A stretch of 64,000 nt of DNA, taken from contig CM052822.1 in assembly GCA_028534125.1 (NCBI GenBank), positions 44,020,001-44,084,000 of the forward strand. The letters run 5' to 3'. How positions within the stretch are numbered: the first letter of the stretch is position 1; the number at the start of each line of letters is the position of its first letter. Of the stretch, positions 38,641 through 51,795 are shown in pieces. The translations under genes were made by a program, and so were the position numbers. Source of the stretch: Lama glama. Lineage: Eukaryota. Below the pieces are notes generated by a model that was given only the letters and a program-made list of their open reading frames with translations, made no database searches and was not told the DNA's origin.

Positions 38641-41159
38641 TCAGCCAAGTGTCAAAATGTTTTATAAAAGTGATTTAATAAAATTCATATTTTTACATAA
38701 GCTACAGTTAAAAAATAAATAAAAATAAATTTTTAAAAGTTGAATTTAACTGAATTTAATCAGGCCCTAGATTTAGCTACCAGTTTACGGGCAATCTATG
38801 GAAATAAAGGAAAATACTAACTGATGCCATGAGAATATAGAGAGCCACATCTAGACTACTGTGTGAAATTACATAGAGCAGAAAAGGCATAAAGTAAAAA
38901 ATGGGAGGGATAGGGATTATATTAGAAGAGCTTTAAGAAACATCAACCAAATGCAGTATGTCAATCTCGTTGAATACTGATCCAATCAAAACCACCATGA
39001 AAAAGATATTTGAGACAATCAGGGAAAATGGAACACAAATTAGGTATTAAATGATTAAAGAATTTTTAATTTCGTTGAGTGCTCTAATGGTATTGTGATT
39101 CTTATAGTCCATATTTGTCATATCTGTTACATACACAGTGAAGTATTCCGATGAACTGATATGATATCTAGGTTTTACTTTAAAAATATTCCAGCCCAAG
39201 AAAAAAGGGAGAAGGAAGGGGGACTGGTTGAAGAATCAGTCTATTAATAGTTGCTGAAGCTGGGTGTTAGGTAAAAGGTGGTTCCTTATAATATTTCCTG
39301 TACTTTGTGAATATTTTGAAAGAATAATAAAATCTTTAAAAATTAAAAAAAACCCAAGATAGATAGACAGGTTAAACAGTGGGCTTATTCATTAAATTTT
39401 AGTAGTCTATACAATGGAATATTGTGCATTTGATAAAAGAATGGGAGGGCTCCTATGCATTATTGTGGGACGATGTTAACATATCTAGTGAAAAAGCAAA
39501 TGTAGGCTAGTGTGAATACAAAGTACACTAATTTGTGTTCAGTTCACACACACACTTGTGTAAGCACAAATAGCTATAACAGTTGCTTCTGAGGAAGGCA
39601 ACTGGGTAGCCAGGAGACACAAGAATGAAACTCTTGTATACCTTCTTCATTTTAAAAATGGTACCATTCATATATATTACCTCTCAGAAAATAACTAAGA
39701 AAAGAAATTGCTTATTTACTCTCCTGTCTCTCTGACCAGACTCTGCTCCTAAGAACAGGAAATGGGCTTTATCCATTATGATATTCCAGTTTTTAGCACA
39801 ATACATATGTGTTGAACAACTTCATATGAAAACCAACAAAACACTGAAATAAAGTACTCATTATAAGCAACTATTTAATCTAGTAACTTGCAAACTTCAC
39901 TTAATTTTTCAACATTAAATGGAAACATGTAATGTTGATATGGTAAAAATTACAACTAAATTAAAGAAAACCATTTGCAAAGAAAAGGATACTGGAAGGA
40001 AATACTAAATGTTAACAAACAGTTGTCTTTAGATAATTGGATGGGTAATTTTCTCCCTCCCTTTGCTGTTTTTTCCCCCAAACTCTATAATATGCATATA
40101 TTGCTTTTATAATTCAAAATAATTTTTAAAAATTTTTTGCAAAGAACCAAATAAAACAGAAACAGGAAACAGAACTATCTGGAATATAATATGTCTGTCT
40201 CCATACAATATGTCATATTCTTTATGCAAGGAAAACAAAGTAAGAGGATGACCTAACCAGATTAGGAAAGTCACAATGAGGAGGTTGCTGATATATACAT
40301 GCAGGAGAAAATCATCTGATGGCACAAGTTCTGACAGCTTCTTTTTCCTTTTCGGGTGGCTATAGGATAAAAACTAAACACAGAGAAAAGGGGCAAGGGA
40401 ATGTTATAGGAACACAGGGAAACAGTACAGTATAGTAGAGATTATGGCAAAAACCAAGAACTTGAAAGACTGTTATTCACAAATCTATACTTGAAAACTA
40501 TACCAAAAGCATTCATTAGTATGCTTTTTAAAGTTAAGAATTATAAAAGAGAGGAGATGAAAGGAATTGGAAACGTCAACAATTAGGAAAAAATTCTTTC
40601 CCCCACCACTCTGTGCAATGATGCAGCAACTGCACAGATTCTCCACTTTGCTTCCAGAGTATGCCGTTTCAAGACTGCACACTTGCTTTGTTCTCCCTGC
40701 TGAACCTGCCCTTAAGACCATGTTACCACCTATCAAGCCCTCCCTACTCCTCCAGAGACAGTCACTGCCTCCTCCAGGCTCCCACAGAACTTTTTTCAAG
40801 ACCAAGATAGCACATCAGCAGATGGCAATTTATTTGCCTATGTGACCTATTTCCATCCAGGGCAACTACATAATTCATTTTCCTGTCTTCAGTGCCCAAC
40901 TACAGTAAATTCTAAAGTAAACTTTTTCCTGAATAAAGCCACAAGGTCCTCATGCAGACAAATTTGCTTACCCAGTCACCAATACTTAAAATCTGACCAA
41001 CAGATTTGACTAGAGAAAAATTTTAAACAGGAGAGTAGAGGGGAGAGAACCACCATTATAAATGAAGTCAAGATACAAATGGTAACCTAGGAAAATATAC
41101 TGAAACAAATGACAGACAAAATAGAGTCACTTCACCAAGACTGTTAAAAACATACTTTC

Positions 41160-41375
41160 AAGTCAGGTAAGAATTTGAATTCTAGTTCTGCTACTGACTA
41201 CTTCTGTGAACTTAGGCAAGCTACATAATCTTTTCACCTCCTTCTCCTCAGTCATATGATGGGAGAGAATAGTACCTAGACTACAGAGTTGGCATAAAGT
41301 TCAGTGAAATAAAGCATGTGCAAGTGCTCAATACAATGCCTAGCTTGTGCTAATTGCTCAATAAGTACTAATTAT
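41160..41375 (+). mobile_element. MIR SINE
   Basis: tttgaattctagttctgctact...ttaggcaag...gcatgtgcaagtgctc...gctcaataa. Confidence 0.72.
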
Positions 41376-41589
41376 TGATATCCTTTTAGATAAAGAACTA
41401 TCACAAATGAATTTTTTAAAATACCAACATGCCAACATATAAGCATTTCACAAAACAAAATAAAAAAGAATGTCTCTCTATTGTGTCTCAAATTAAAACA
41501 AGGACATTCCAACTTACCACACTGGCAAATACATATCTGTAAAGGGCTCTTTAACAACAACTGTTATTGGGAGAATAAACTGGTACAGC

Positions 41590-42962
41590 TTTTTTATGGC
41601 TGAATAGTATTCCATTGTACATATCTACGACAATTTCTTTATCTACTTATCCGTCTATGGACACTTAGGTTGTTTCCTTATCAAGGCTACTATAAATGAT
41701 GCTGGAATGAACATGTGGGTACATATATCTCTTCAAATTAAGTGTTTTTATTTTCTTCAGATGAATNNNNNNNNNNNNNNNNNNNNNNNNNNNNNNNNNN
41801 NNNNNNNNNNNNNNNNNNNNNNNNNNNNNNNNNNNNNNNNNNNNNNNNNNNNNNNNNNNNNNNNNNNNNNNNNNNNNNNNNNNNNNNNNNNNNNNNNNNN
41901 NNNNNNNNNNNTTGTTATTTGTTGTCTTTTTAATAAAAGCCATCTGACAGGTGTGAGGTGATATCTCATTGTGATTTTGACTTGCATTTCCCTGATAATA
42001 AGTGATGCTGAGCATCTTTTCATGTACCCACTGGTATCCATATGTCTTCTTGGAAAAATATTCAGATCCTCTGCTTATNNNNNNNNNNNNNNNNNNNNNN
42101 NNNNNNNNNNNNNNNNNNNNNNNNNNNNNNNNNNNNNNNNNNNNNNNNNNNNNNNNNNNNNNNNNNNNNNNNNNNNNNNNNNNNNNNNNNNNNNNNNNNN
42201 NNNNNNNNNNNNNNNNNNNNNNNNNNNNNNNNNNNNNNNNNNNNNNNNNNNNNNNNNNNNNNNNNNNNNNNNNNNNNNNNNNNNNNNNNNNNNNNNNNNN
42301 NNNNNNNNNNNNNNNNNNNCAATGTCAAGGGGCTTATCACCTATTATCTTCTAGGAGTTTTATGGTTTCAAGTCTTACATTGAAGTCTAATTCATTTTGA
42401 ATCAATTTTTGTATATGGTGTGAGATAGTAGTGTAGTTTTATTCATTTGCATGTGGCTGTCCAGTTTTCCCAACACCATTTATTGAGGAGACTGTCCTTT
42501 CCCCATTGTACATTCTTGCCTCCTTTTTCATAAATTAATTGCCCATATATATGCATAACTTTATTTCTGGGTTCTTTATTCTGTTCCATTGATCTATGTG
42601 TCTGTTTTTATGCCAGTACCATATTGTTTTAATTACTATTATTTTGTAGTATAGATTGAAATNNNNNNNNNNNNNNNNNNNNNNNNNNNNNNNNNNNNNN
42701 NNNNNNNNNNNNNNNNNNNNNNNNNNNNNNNNNNNNNNNNNNNNNNNNNNNNNNNNNNNNNNNNNNNNNNNNNNNNNNNNNNNNNNNNNNNNNNNNTGAC
42801 TGAATCTATAGATTGTTTTGAGTAGTATGGACATTTTAACAATATTAACTCTAATTCATGAGCATGGAGTATCTTTCCATTTATTTGTGTCTTCAGTTTC
42901 TTTCATTATTGTCTTGCAGTTTTCAGTGCATGGGTCTTTCACCTCCTTGGTTAAACTTATTC
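41590..42962 (-). mobile_element. L1 ORF2 3' region fragment (L1MA/laurasiatherian type), decayed, with three N-runs
   Basis: Minus-strand peptides [27 protein letters not shown] and [28 protein letters not shown] are L1 ORF2 C-terminal motifs. Confidence 0.93.
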
Positions 42963-45158
42963 CTAGTACAGACTTTAAATGTTGTAGATTTATATTTGAT
43001 CTGGAAAGATGTCCAGGCTACAGTATGTTTTTTTAAAAGTCTTATAAAATAAAATTATATGATATTTCTACTTATAAAGTATACTTAGAAAAAGGGTTTG
43101 GAAGGAAAATATAAAAATTACTATTTTAACTATAAAACTAATGATAATTAAAAAATAATATAATGAGTAATATTATTAAATAATAAAATAATAAATAACA
43201 AATAATTAATATTATTTTAACTATAAAACTAATAAAATAAGTACAAAAGTTGTTTCTCAGTGGTGGGTTAAAAGCAATTTTTACTTTAAAAAATCAGATT
43301 AATATAGAAGGGTATAATGAGCAGGTTTCCAGTTTTATTAATTATAAAATAAGGCTGTTACTATTTCAAAAGAAAAAATTGAATGTACAAAACAGTGGTA
43401 TTCTATAAACCAGTGAGCAATTTTTGGAGTTAAGTAAATGTGACAGCACAGCACACTGAGTCCAAGACAGTCAGTCGGGATTTATAAATGTGACATTATA
43501 AATGGACAAAGTGGTGAGGTATGTGTACTGTTTGGTCTTTTCATGTTTCTTTAAGAGCTAGATAGGCAAATAATCCCTTGCATTATGGTTACTCAAAGTG
43601 AGATTCCCAGAATATTATTAAGTTGGCAGATTGCTGAGCACTACTCCAAACCTAGTGGCTCAAGAACTCAGGGAGTAGGGAGCAGAATTTAGCAATTTTA
43701 ACAAGCTAACTAAAGATTGAGAGTACTAACCTACATGGTGGAAAACACATATGAATAGTTAACCATAAGCTGTACTGAAGTCTGAAAAAGCAGTGCTGAG
43801 ATTGTATTTTGTGGGTGAATTCTTCAAGGTCACTAAATTACTGCTCTTGCACATTTAAGGCTACAGCTATGTTAAATAAAATTTACTTAAAGATAGATGT
43901 AAAGTCTTCCTTAGTAAAAAATTACAACTATGAGGTTGAGTTAAATTATGTTCATTGTTGAACTGAATAACCTATTTATTGAACTTTCACTTAAATTGCT
44001 TTGTAAGTCACAAAGTGCTCTTTCCAAATATAAAGATTTATTTTTCAGCATTGAGCACTGGCATTCATTCATTCCAATGTTTCAGTGTATCAGACACACA
44101 CGTGCCTATACATCTGTTTGCTGAATGAATGTACAACATTCATTTCTAAGTATGAATGAATTTACAGATAATTGCTAGCACATCACTCAATACTTCACAT
44201 ACATGAATTTTTAATCCACACAGAAATCATCTATGATAAGTACTGTTATCTCCAGATCATGAGCAAACTGAAGCAAAGTAGGGGAGAGACTTGCCCAAGC
44301 TAGTAGTGGATAGGACCAGGATTCAAACCAAGTCAGGCTGGATCCTGAATCTGTATATCCACTAAGCTATACTGCCCTCCTTATTTAAAACTAAACACTA
44401 CACATTTAATAATAGATTCCCTAAGTGAAGCTCAAATCTCTAATGATTTTATTGCTCATCATTTTAATACTTACTTTTAGCAAAATAAACACTAGTTCAG
44501 TTTTTTCTAATCAGTTTTATATACTTCTAAGAGCTAAATGACTTTGCCTCTGAAGTTTGTTGATTTCTTCAACAGCCTAGTTTAGAGAAATTATTCATCT
44601 TTTCCCAAGATATCTATTATCTTATTCTGAAGACCAGCAACTTTATCACTTTGTTTTGTCTATTACAAAATATATTCACTGTAAGTATGAGAAAGAGTTA
44701 AAAATCTTATTGTCCAGAGATAACAACTATTAACATGTTATTATATATTCTTCAGGGTTTATTATATCCATAACATTCTCACTTTCCACCACTACCACCA
44801 AGTAAGTAAAATCACTCTATAAATTGAGAAGAACTGAACTGTCTTACTCTGCAAAAAAGATAGGAAATGAATCACTGTCATAAGATAGGAAGTATTTTAA
44901 GTTACTATTCTATAATGTAAACACCCTAGAACACTGCTTTTTACAAATAACTAAGTTTTGGTTTATAATAATCATTTTCTGAAAGCAAAAATAGTTTCAT
45001 AGGATGCTTTACAAAGTCTATAATCAACCTCATCTAAACATTTATTTTTGAAGAAATGCTTCACATTCAAGAAATACAAATGAGATTTTTTTAATATTTT
45101 GCTATATACTCAGCTTCATTTCTTACATTAAGAATTGAATTAAGTTTAAAATTCTAGC

Positions 45159-45282
45159 AGGGAGGATATAGCTCAAGTGGTAGAGCACATGCTTAGCATA
45201 CACAAGGTCCTGGGTTCAATCCCCAGTACCTCCTCTAAAAATAAATAAGCAAACCTAATTACCCTCCCAAGACAAACAAACG
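45159..45282 (+). mobile_element. tRNA-derived SINE, Vic-1-like, in HERPUD2 intron 5
   Basis: gggaggatatagctcaagtggtagag...gggttcaatccccagtacctcc...aaataaataagcaaacctaattacc; same family as the copies at 26218 and 31146. Confidence 0.88.
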
Positions 45283-45726
45283 AAACTCTAAGTAAGAAGT
45301 GCCTGTATGTTTATTATATCCTGTTTGGCATAACAGTCAGTGGCTATCCCATGGTTATATCACTTACTTACTCCCTAGCCGTTTCCTTATTTCCAGCCTC
45401 ACCACGGACCTGGAGCACTGCCACACACTACAGTCCCACAGCATGCTACGCAACACAAAACAACTATCTCTACCTATTATTCACGTTTTCTTTACTTCAA
45501 AAGTAACAACAGTACCCTAGCAAAGTACTCTGGTTTCAGACATAACCCAGGTCTAAACTATATTCTCCAAGATCTTACTCTCTGAGCTGTCTGAAAGATG
45601 TGCTGTGGCTGTTGGTTGCACTTCCCCCGGAACTGGCTAACCCACGAGGCCTGCTATAGTTGCTAAATATAAGGTAGCCATAGCAAGCTTGAGTAAACTC
45701 TTCTCACAAGGACTCTGTATAAGATG

Positions 45727-46149
45727 CAGTGGTTAGCATATCTTCATAATATATCACAGTCTTACTCTACCTCAATTGTTACCAAGCCTGGCCGATCATA
45801 AACACCTGTGGAACTTTTGAAAAACAGATTACAGGGCCCTATACTTTTCCAAGAACACCCTCACTCACCCATCTGCTCCCCAGAAGACTAATTTGAGTAG
45901 ATCTACAGTGAGACTGAGTTAAAAAAAAGTTAGTTACCTAGATCCTTGCTATTCAAAGCATGGTCTAAGCATCAAAAGCATCAGCATCACTGGGGAGCTC
46001 TCTGGAAATACAGAATCTCAGGCCCCTTCAGACCTACTGAGGCAGAACTTACATCCTAACAAGAGACCCAGGTGATTAGCACAAACATTAAAGACTGAAA
46101 AGCAATGCACTAGACAATTCTAATGTATAACCAGTTTTCAAAAGCACTG
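45727..46149. mobile_element. MER5A (~45945-46110) nested in an older MER5B-like element
   Basis: agcatcagcatcactggggagct...cagaatctcaggcccc...cccaggtgat core, flanked by ctaga sites and MER5B-like halves ending aaagcactg. Confidence 0.65.
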
Positions 46150-46297
46150 CTCTACCTAATCCTCTAATTCACACCCCTAACATATAAATCAGATATATGA
46201 GTAAATTTCAAATGTACTTTGATTAGTGAAGGGGGCTACCATGAAGTCTGGAGTCACAGATTTTGAAAAGGCCCACAGCTACCGCGGTTTCACTCAC

Positions 46298-46452
46298 CCT
46301 TGCATTACATATGGGAACTGCTGACTCTGTGCTGGGTCGGTTTGTGCTTGTGGAAGGGCACGTTGCCTCAATCCTTCTGAGGAAGAACTGGTAGCTAAAG
46401 ACAAGGTTTCTTGACTGGCTGATGGAGTGGATGATCCTGACTGATCTGAATT
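46298..46452 (-). CDS. HERPUD2: HERPUD2 coding exon 5 (155 nt)
   Basis: Acceptor gtttgtag|AAT, donor CAAGG|gtgagt. Translates NSDQSGSSTPSASQETLSLATSSSSEGLRQRALPQAQTDPAQSQQFPYVMQG, matching mammalian HERPUD2 (SSEGLRQR..PQAQTD..FPYVMQG). Ends in phase 2, compatible with the next exon. Confidence 0.96.
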
Positions 46453-48892
46453 CTACAAACAAAAATGTAATTATTTTTTCAAGGAGACTTAATTCATTAC
46501 AATCACTAGATTATAGATACATTGCGAAAAATGTATTTATGAAATCCCTCTGCAAAGAGTGAATTTTACAAATGTACTGATTTGAATTCTGTGCCCAGCA
46601 TAATAGATAGATATTTTAATTCTGATGAGACTAAAGAGTTTAGAAAATCAAAATCCCTTACTTACGTAACAGTCCATGTCTCAACTAGAAAAGGCTGAGT
46701 AGTTATTATATACCAAAAAAAGAATACAAAATTGTGAAAATTAAATTAATGCATGCAAAGCTCTTTTCATGATGCTTAACACATAGGAAGTATTCAATAA
46801 ATGGTACTAATTACTGTCACTTAAAAAGTTACTACATGCCAGCTACCATATAATATGCTATTAGTAACATATTGCTTTAAAATACTGAAGAACATGCTAG
46901 AAATTGGTGTTAACTCTGACATTAACAAGAAACATAACCTTAAAATTCACTTAACCATTAAGTCTCAGCTTTCCTACTAAAAATGAGATTGAACTAGATT
47001 TTCAAGATTCCTTTCAGTTCTAAAATTCTATTAGTTTATAAATTTAAAAAAACCCACTGAATAGTTTTTTTACAAAATGAACAAGATACCAAATAGGATT
47101 TAAAAATTCTCATGCTCCCATGATGTCAGTCAGAGATTCAATAACCTCAAATAATATAACCCCAATTTGTTGCTGTTTGAAAATAGTCTGTCAAGAGTTT
47201 TCTGTAAATGTAAAACACAGTTACGTTTTATATAAACTACCCACTTTAAAAAGCTAGGTATGATATAATGTTAACATTCTTTCAAGTTTGTTAAAGTTGC
47301 ATTTACCTGTACTGCCTTCCTATTGACAGCATGTCTTTTTGTATGTCTATCTTCCTTAGTCTTCCCATGTGAAAAGGTCCAAGGACACTGGTCTTTTGGA
47401 AAACTAATGAAAGCTTTAAGATATTATTCTACACCAAATAGATACCATTATCTTACCCGGGAGTCTGCTGCTTAGGCACATAAACCGGGAAAGGCCTCTT
47501 TTTTGACATTTCTTATTAAATAGATCATCAAAATATGGTGTTCATTTAAAAAGCAATAGAATAGAAGCCTACTCATTTAGCAGGACAGCCTAATTTCTCT
47601 AGAACTAATTATTTCTGACTTTATTAGATAATTCTTTCATGAAAAGATTTTTAAGACATTTTCAAATCCCATTGAAATTTCTCAGCCATGAAAAATTAAG
47701 AGGAATTCAACTTAATTTTCTTTGATACTTTTTAGATTTTTATTACACACCTCGGAAAAACTGAATATGTAACTAATGACATGAAATCATGGCTGATGAA
47801 CCTAGAAAAGTGAGAAGATTCTTTGTCAACAATAATTGGAGCAACACAACTGTGTCCAACAACTATATATGGAACTCTATACCAATGCCAGTGTTTTAGC
47901 CCTTCTTGAAGCAAGGTAGGAAACACAGAAAGACTCTCACGTTTATTGACAAAACATATTTCAGTTTAATGTAAGCTAAAGTCCCATGGCTGTTATGAGA
48001 AAATACTTACCACTGAGACCATACTCATTAAATATAGCAACTAGAGGATCTAGTTTCTTAAAGAAGCAGTCAACTAGTATCTGTCTACTGAAAGATCTTT
48101 CAACTAATTATCACCCCTGCCACTCATCCCCCTCCTTAAAGGTTTGGCTAGATTCTTGACAAGAAGGAAAGTACACTTAGCAGTACAAACGTTCCCTGCC
48201 CAAGAAGTTTTAAGCAAGCTTCCTCTCATTCAATCCTTTTCTCTCACCTCCAAAAGTGTCAGATAAAACTTTTATGAGAAACCAAAAATAATTTAATATA
48301 AAAGAATCTAGGACAGTGTCTTTAAAACTTGTAGAAAATGTCTAAGTTGAAGAGTTCAACTATTTTTTTAAATTTCCAAAACAGTTTTAGGCAGGAGGAA
48401 AAATAAGGAGGGAGAAATGAATACTCAAGTCTGAAAGAACTGAGCAGATTAAGTACTTTTTCCTCCTGCAGTTGGAATGTATCCTCAAATCCAGTCATTT
48501 TAAAAGGTAAAATTCTTGAACAAGCAATTTCCTTCAAGACGATTTAGCAAAGTTTAAATAATGTAATCTACATTGACTAAATGTACTACATCAAATACCC
48601 CAAATACTTCCGAAGTTTCGGCCCTCGGGCTTATATTATATAACCATATCATAATTCTGTTTTCTGGGTATTTCAGTAATTAAATCCCTGAAGACTGGAT
48701 CTAATACCGACCTACCACACAGTAAATTATATCTCCTGGGGAACAGGCTTCAAGGGATAACACTGGGTACTGGATCTTTAAAACTGAAGTTTAAATGCTT
48801 AACTTGAGCTGTTCAAAACACAGTCTCACAATCCACAATCTCTAATTGTTCTATTTTCCACTTAGTTTTTAGAGGCAAAAAGGATAATCAGA

Positions 48893-49080
48893 NNNNNNNN
48901 NNNNNNNNNNNNNNNNNNNNNNNNNNNNNNNNNNNNNNNNNNNNNNNNNNNNNNNNNNNNNNNNNNNNNNNNNNNNNNNNNNNNNNNNNNNNNNNNNNNN
49001 NNNNNNNNNNNNNNNNNNNNNNNNNNNNNNNNNNNNNNNNNNNNNNNNNNNNNNNNNNNNNNNNNNNNNNNNNNNNNNNN
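48893..49080 (-). other. HERPUD2: N-run probably hiding HERPUD2 exon 4
   Basis: 188 N, ~2.4 kb upstream of exon 5. The minus-strand sequence entering the gap is a branch point plus pyrimidine tract (tactgacttttttgagctgtgtttttt). No exon-4 sequence (QDEYHMVHLVC..) was seen elsewhere. Inference only. Confidence 0.7.
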
Positions 49081-50429
49081 AAAAAACACAGCTCAAAAAA
49101 GTCAGTAGCTAAGCAGAAATACTTAACTCAGAACTTAAGTTCCTTTCTAGCATAGCCATTTTATAATAATGTTGTCATTTGCAAGTAAATTGGGGAACTT
49201 TTGAATTCAGTAATTTTCTCCATGCTTAGAAAATGGTCTCAATACTCAGGAATTGCTATATAAAAAAATGATTATTCTGTATACCAAGCAGTCTTAAAGC
49301 AAACAGTGCTGTAAAGTTGGGTCAATGAAATCTATTATTTCAATAAAAAAACACTAGCACATTAATATAAGAACTGCAATAGTCACACTGAAGCTTAAAC
49401 TGGTTTTATCTCTAACACACACAGACATAAAGTATCTATTTGAACTATATTCTGTAAATATTCCAAATGTGCGTCTATAAATCTATAACTGAAGGAAAAT
49501 ATTCTAGTAATGACTAGAATTGGAATTTTGGCTTAGCAATTTCATGAGTATATTTATAGCCAGGCATAATGCAAGTAAATAAAATGGAGAAAGGAAAGAG
49601 AATAAAGAGGGGCAGAGAAGAACAAAAGATAGCTCAACAACTTTTAAAAAATACAGAAAAGAAAAAAAATCAGAAAATGATCAAGAAAAGGGGGCAGGAA
49701 GAAAGATGCCCCGTTGTGAGAAAGAGAAACAAAGCTCCTAGAAACTAAGAATTCATCATCTATCATAAACCTAGGATTGTGAATCCAAGAAAAGGTAGGA
49801 GTAAGCCCCTCCCCTAAAGAGGCTCATGATATTGTTGAAAGAACAGACTAGCACATTAGAGCACAATTAGAGAAATAATAAAACAGCCTTTTGTATAAAA
49901 TTAAGAAGAACAAATTAGGATGCCAGGGAAAGGCATACCCAGAGATAGCACGACATGAGGCATGACTAGCAAGGTAGGTAGAAAGCAGGCCTGATTTACA
50001 ATGTCCCCTTGACTTTGGAACACAGAACATTAAAAAGCATCCAAGTGTAAGATGTTTATCTTTACAAACCTAGTTTCAAAGGTCACATTAACCACAACTA
50101 GCTCATAGTATATATTCACCTTTGGGAAATATTTCTGTAAAATATTTTGTAAGTTAACAGCTAATGGCAGCTTTTAACTAAGAAAAAGTAAGGAGTTATA
50201 CAGTTCAAAGATCTGTTCAAAATGTAAACATACTGTTCAGAATGTTTCACAAGGGGCACAACAGTCCTTTGACTGAAGCACTCTTATTTTAAGTCTTCTG
50301 GTTGGAAACCATTTCTAACAACAAAAGCCTTTTTAAAGGTATGTATATGCAGACTCTAGCTATCCTTGGGTTAAAATAATAAATCTGTATTTCAAAGAGC
50401 ATATAGCAGAAAGGTTTTTAAGCATAAAA

Positions 50430-50760
50430 ACAGAAAAAATGAACAGGTGGAGCACAGAGGGTTTTGGGGGTAGTGAAATACTCTGTATGATACTCCAATG
50501 GTGGATACATGTCATTATACATTTGTTAAAACCCACAGAATACATAACACCAAGAGTGAACTCCAATGTAAACTATGAGTTTGGGGTAATAATGATGTCA
50601 ATGTAGGCATCAGTTGTAACTACAACAACACTCTGATGTGGAATGTTGTTAGTGGGGATAGTTGTTCACATGTAGAGGCAAGAGGTTTCTCTTTACACTT
50701 TCTGCTTAATTTTGCTATGAACCTGAAACTACTCTAAAAAATAAAGTCAATTAAGAAAAG
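50430..50760 (+). mobile_element. L1MC-type 3' end
   Basis: ggtggatacatgtcattatacatttgttaaaacccacagaa...gaacctgaaactactctaaaaaataaagtc. Confidence 0.85.
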
Positions 50761-51631
50761 AAACAGGGAGGGGGTGGAAATCTGGTGCAAATCCCACTAC
50801 TTCTGAGAGAGAGAGAAAGAGAGAGATGTTATTAAACCACTTTGGCAATTTGAAACCATAGGATTAAAATGAAAATGACAGCAAGAAGTCACACTGGCAA
50901 AGGTAAAATGTCAACTATCTAAACAGAAATAATATATCAGTGTAAGATTTTTTTCAAGTTTCCCACAGTGATCATAAACATATAAGAGAAGATACAGATC
51001 TTCTAAATCAGATTAGGGATATCCAGAAAGCATTAAGAATTAAGTAAAAGATCTAAAGCAAAACATATGACATATATTCAGTTCTGCTACATTCACAAGC
51101 AAAAAGAATCTCAAATGCAGAAAAGTTCTAAAAGTATAAATTCCACAAATAAATATCAGCTAAAAGCTGCCATTAAAATAACTAGCATTCAAGCTGTCAA
51201 AAAACTAAACTGAAATATATTTTAACTCTGAGTACTAGTATGCAAGGTTTGCTAACTGATGGACCAATTGGGCTTCTTTCTATTTCCTGTCCTGAAATTA
51301 AACTCCTAACCCAAGTAACTTGTATTAAAATGTCATGCTGTTTGGTCAAAAGGGGATTTAACAGAGGAGACTGTTACCAGTGAAAATCCTTCACCACCAC
51401 TTGAACACCGTACTTCTGCACTACTAATAAGTCAGTAATACTTTCTTACACAACAAATCCTTGAACACAAATATATAATCCTATTTCAGATTTAGCTATC
51501 AGATGGATATACAAAACTATAACCTAATCAGGATCACCTATTACGCTACCCAAAAAGGCTGATTTTAAGTATCTAAAAACTAAACTGGTTGGATATCGGT
51601 AAAACTTCAGACCATAGCTCCTCTCGTATTC

Positions 51632-51795
51632 NNNNNNNNNNNNNNNNNNNNNNNNNNNNNNNNNNNNNNNNNNNNNNNNNNNNNNNNNNNNNNNNNNNNN
51701 NNNNNNNNNNNNNNNNNNNNNNNNNNNNNNNNNNNNNNNNNNNNNNNNNNNNNNNNNNNNNNNNNNNNNNNNNNNNNNNNNNNNNNNNNNNNNNN
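51632..51795 (-). other. HERPUD2: N-run probably hiding HERPUD2 exon 3
   Basis: 164 N in non-repetitive DNA. The minus strand enters the gap through tcttattcccaatcttcaa (acceptor-like). Spacing fits the recalled exon 3-4-5 cluster, and no LTKDQRLVYSG-coding sequence was seen elsewhere. Inference only. Confidence 0.62.

Noticed and set aside
43122-43233. 21-bp direct repeat tattttaactataaaactaat around an AT-only tract
   Set aside because: Low-complexity slippage product; no repeat-spacer periodicity, not CRISPR-like.
47301-47460. Minus-strand donor-like motifs CAG|gtaaat (~47305) and CGG|gtaaga (~47455) in intron 4
   Set aside because: No convincing upstream pyrimidine tract or acceptor to define an exon.
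30154-51795. HERPUD2 as a pseudogene or exon-loss allele
   Set aside because: All visible exons have intact frames, phases and GT-AG sites; the missing parts coincide with N-runs.
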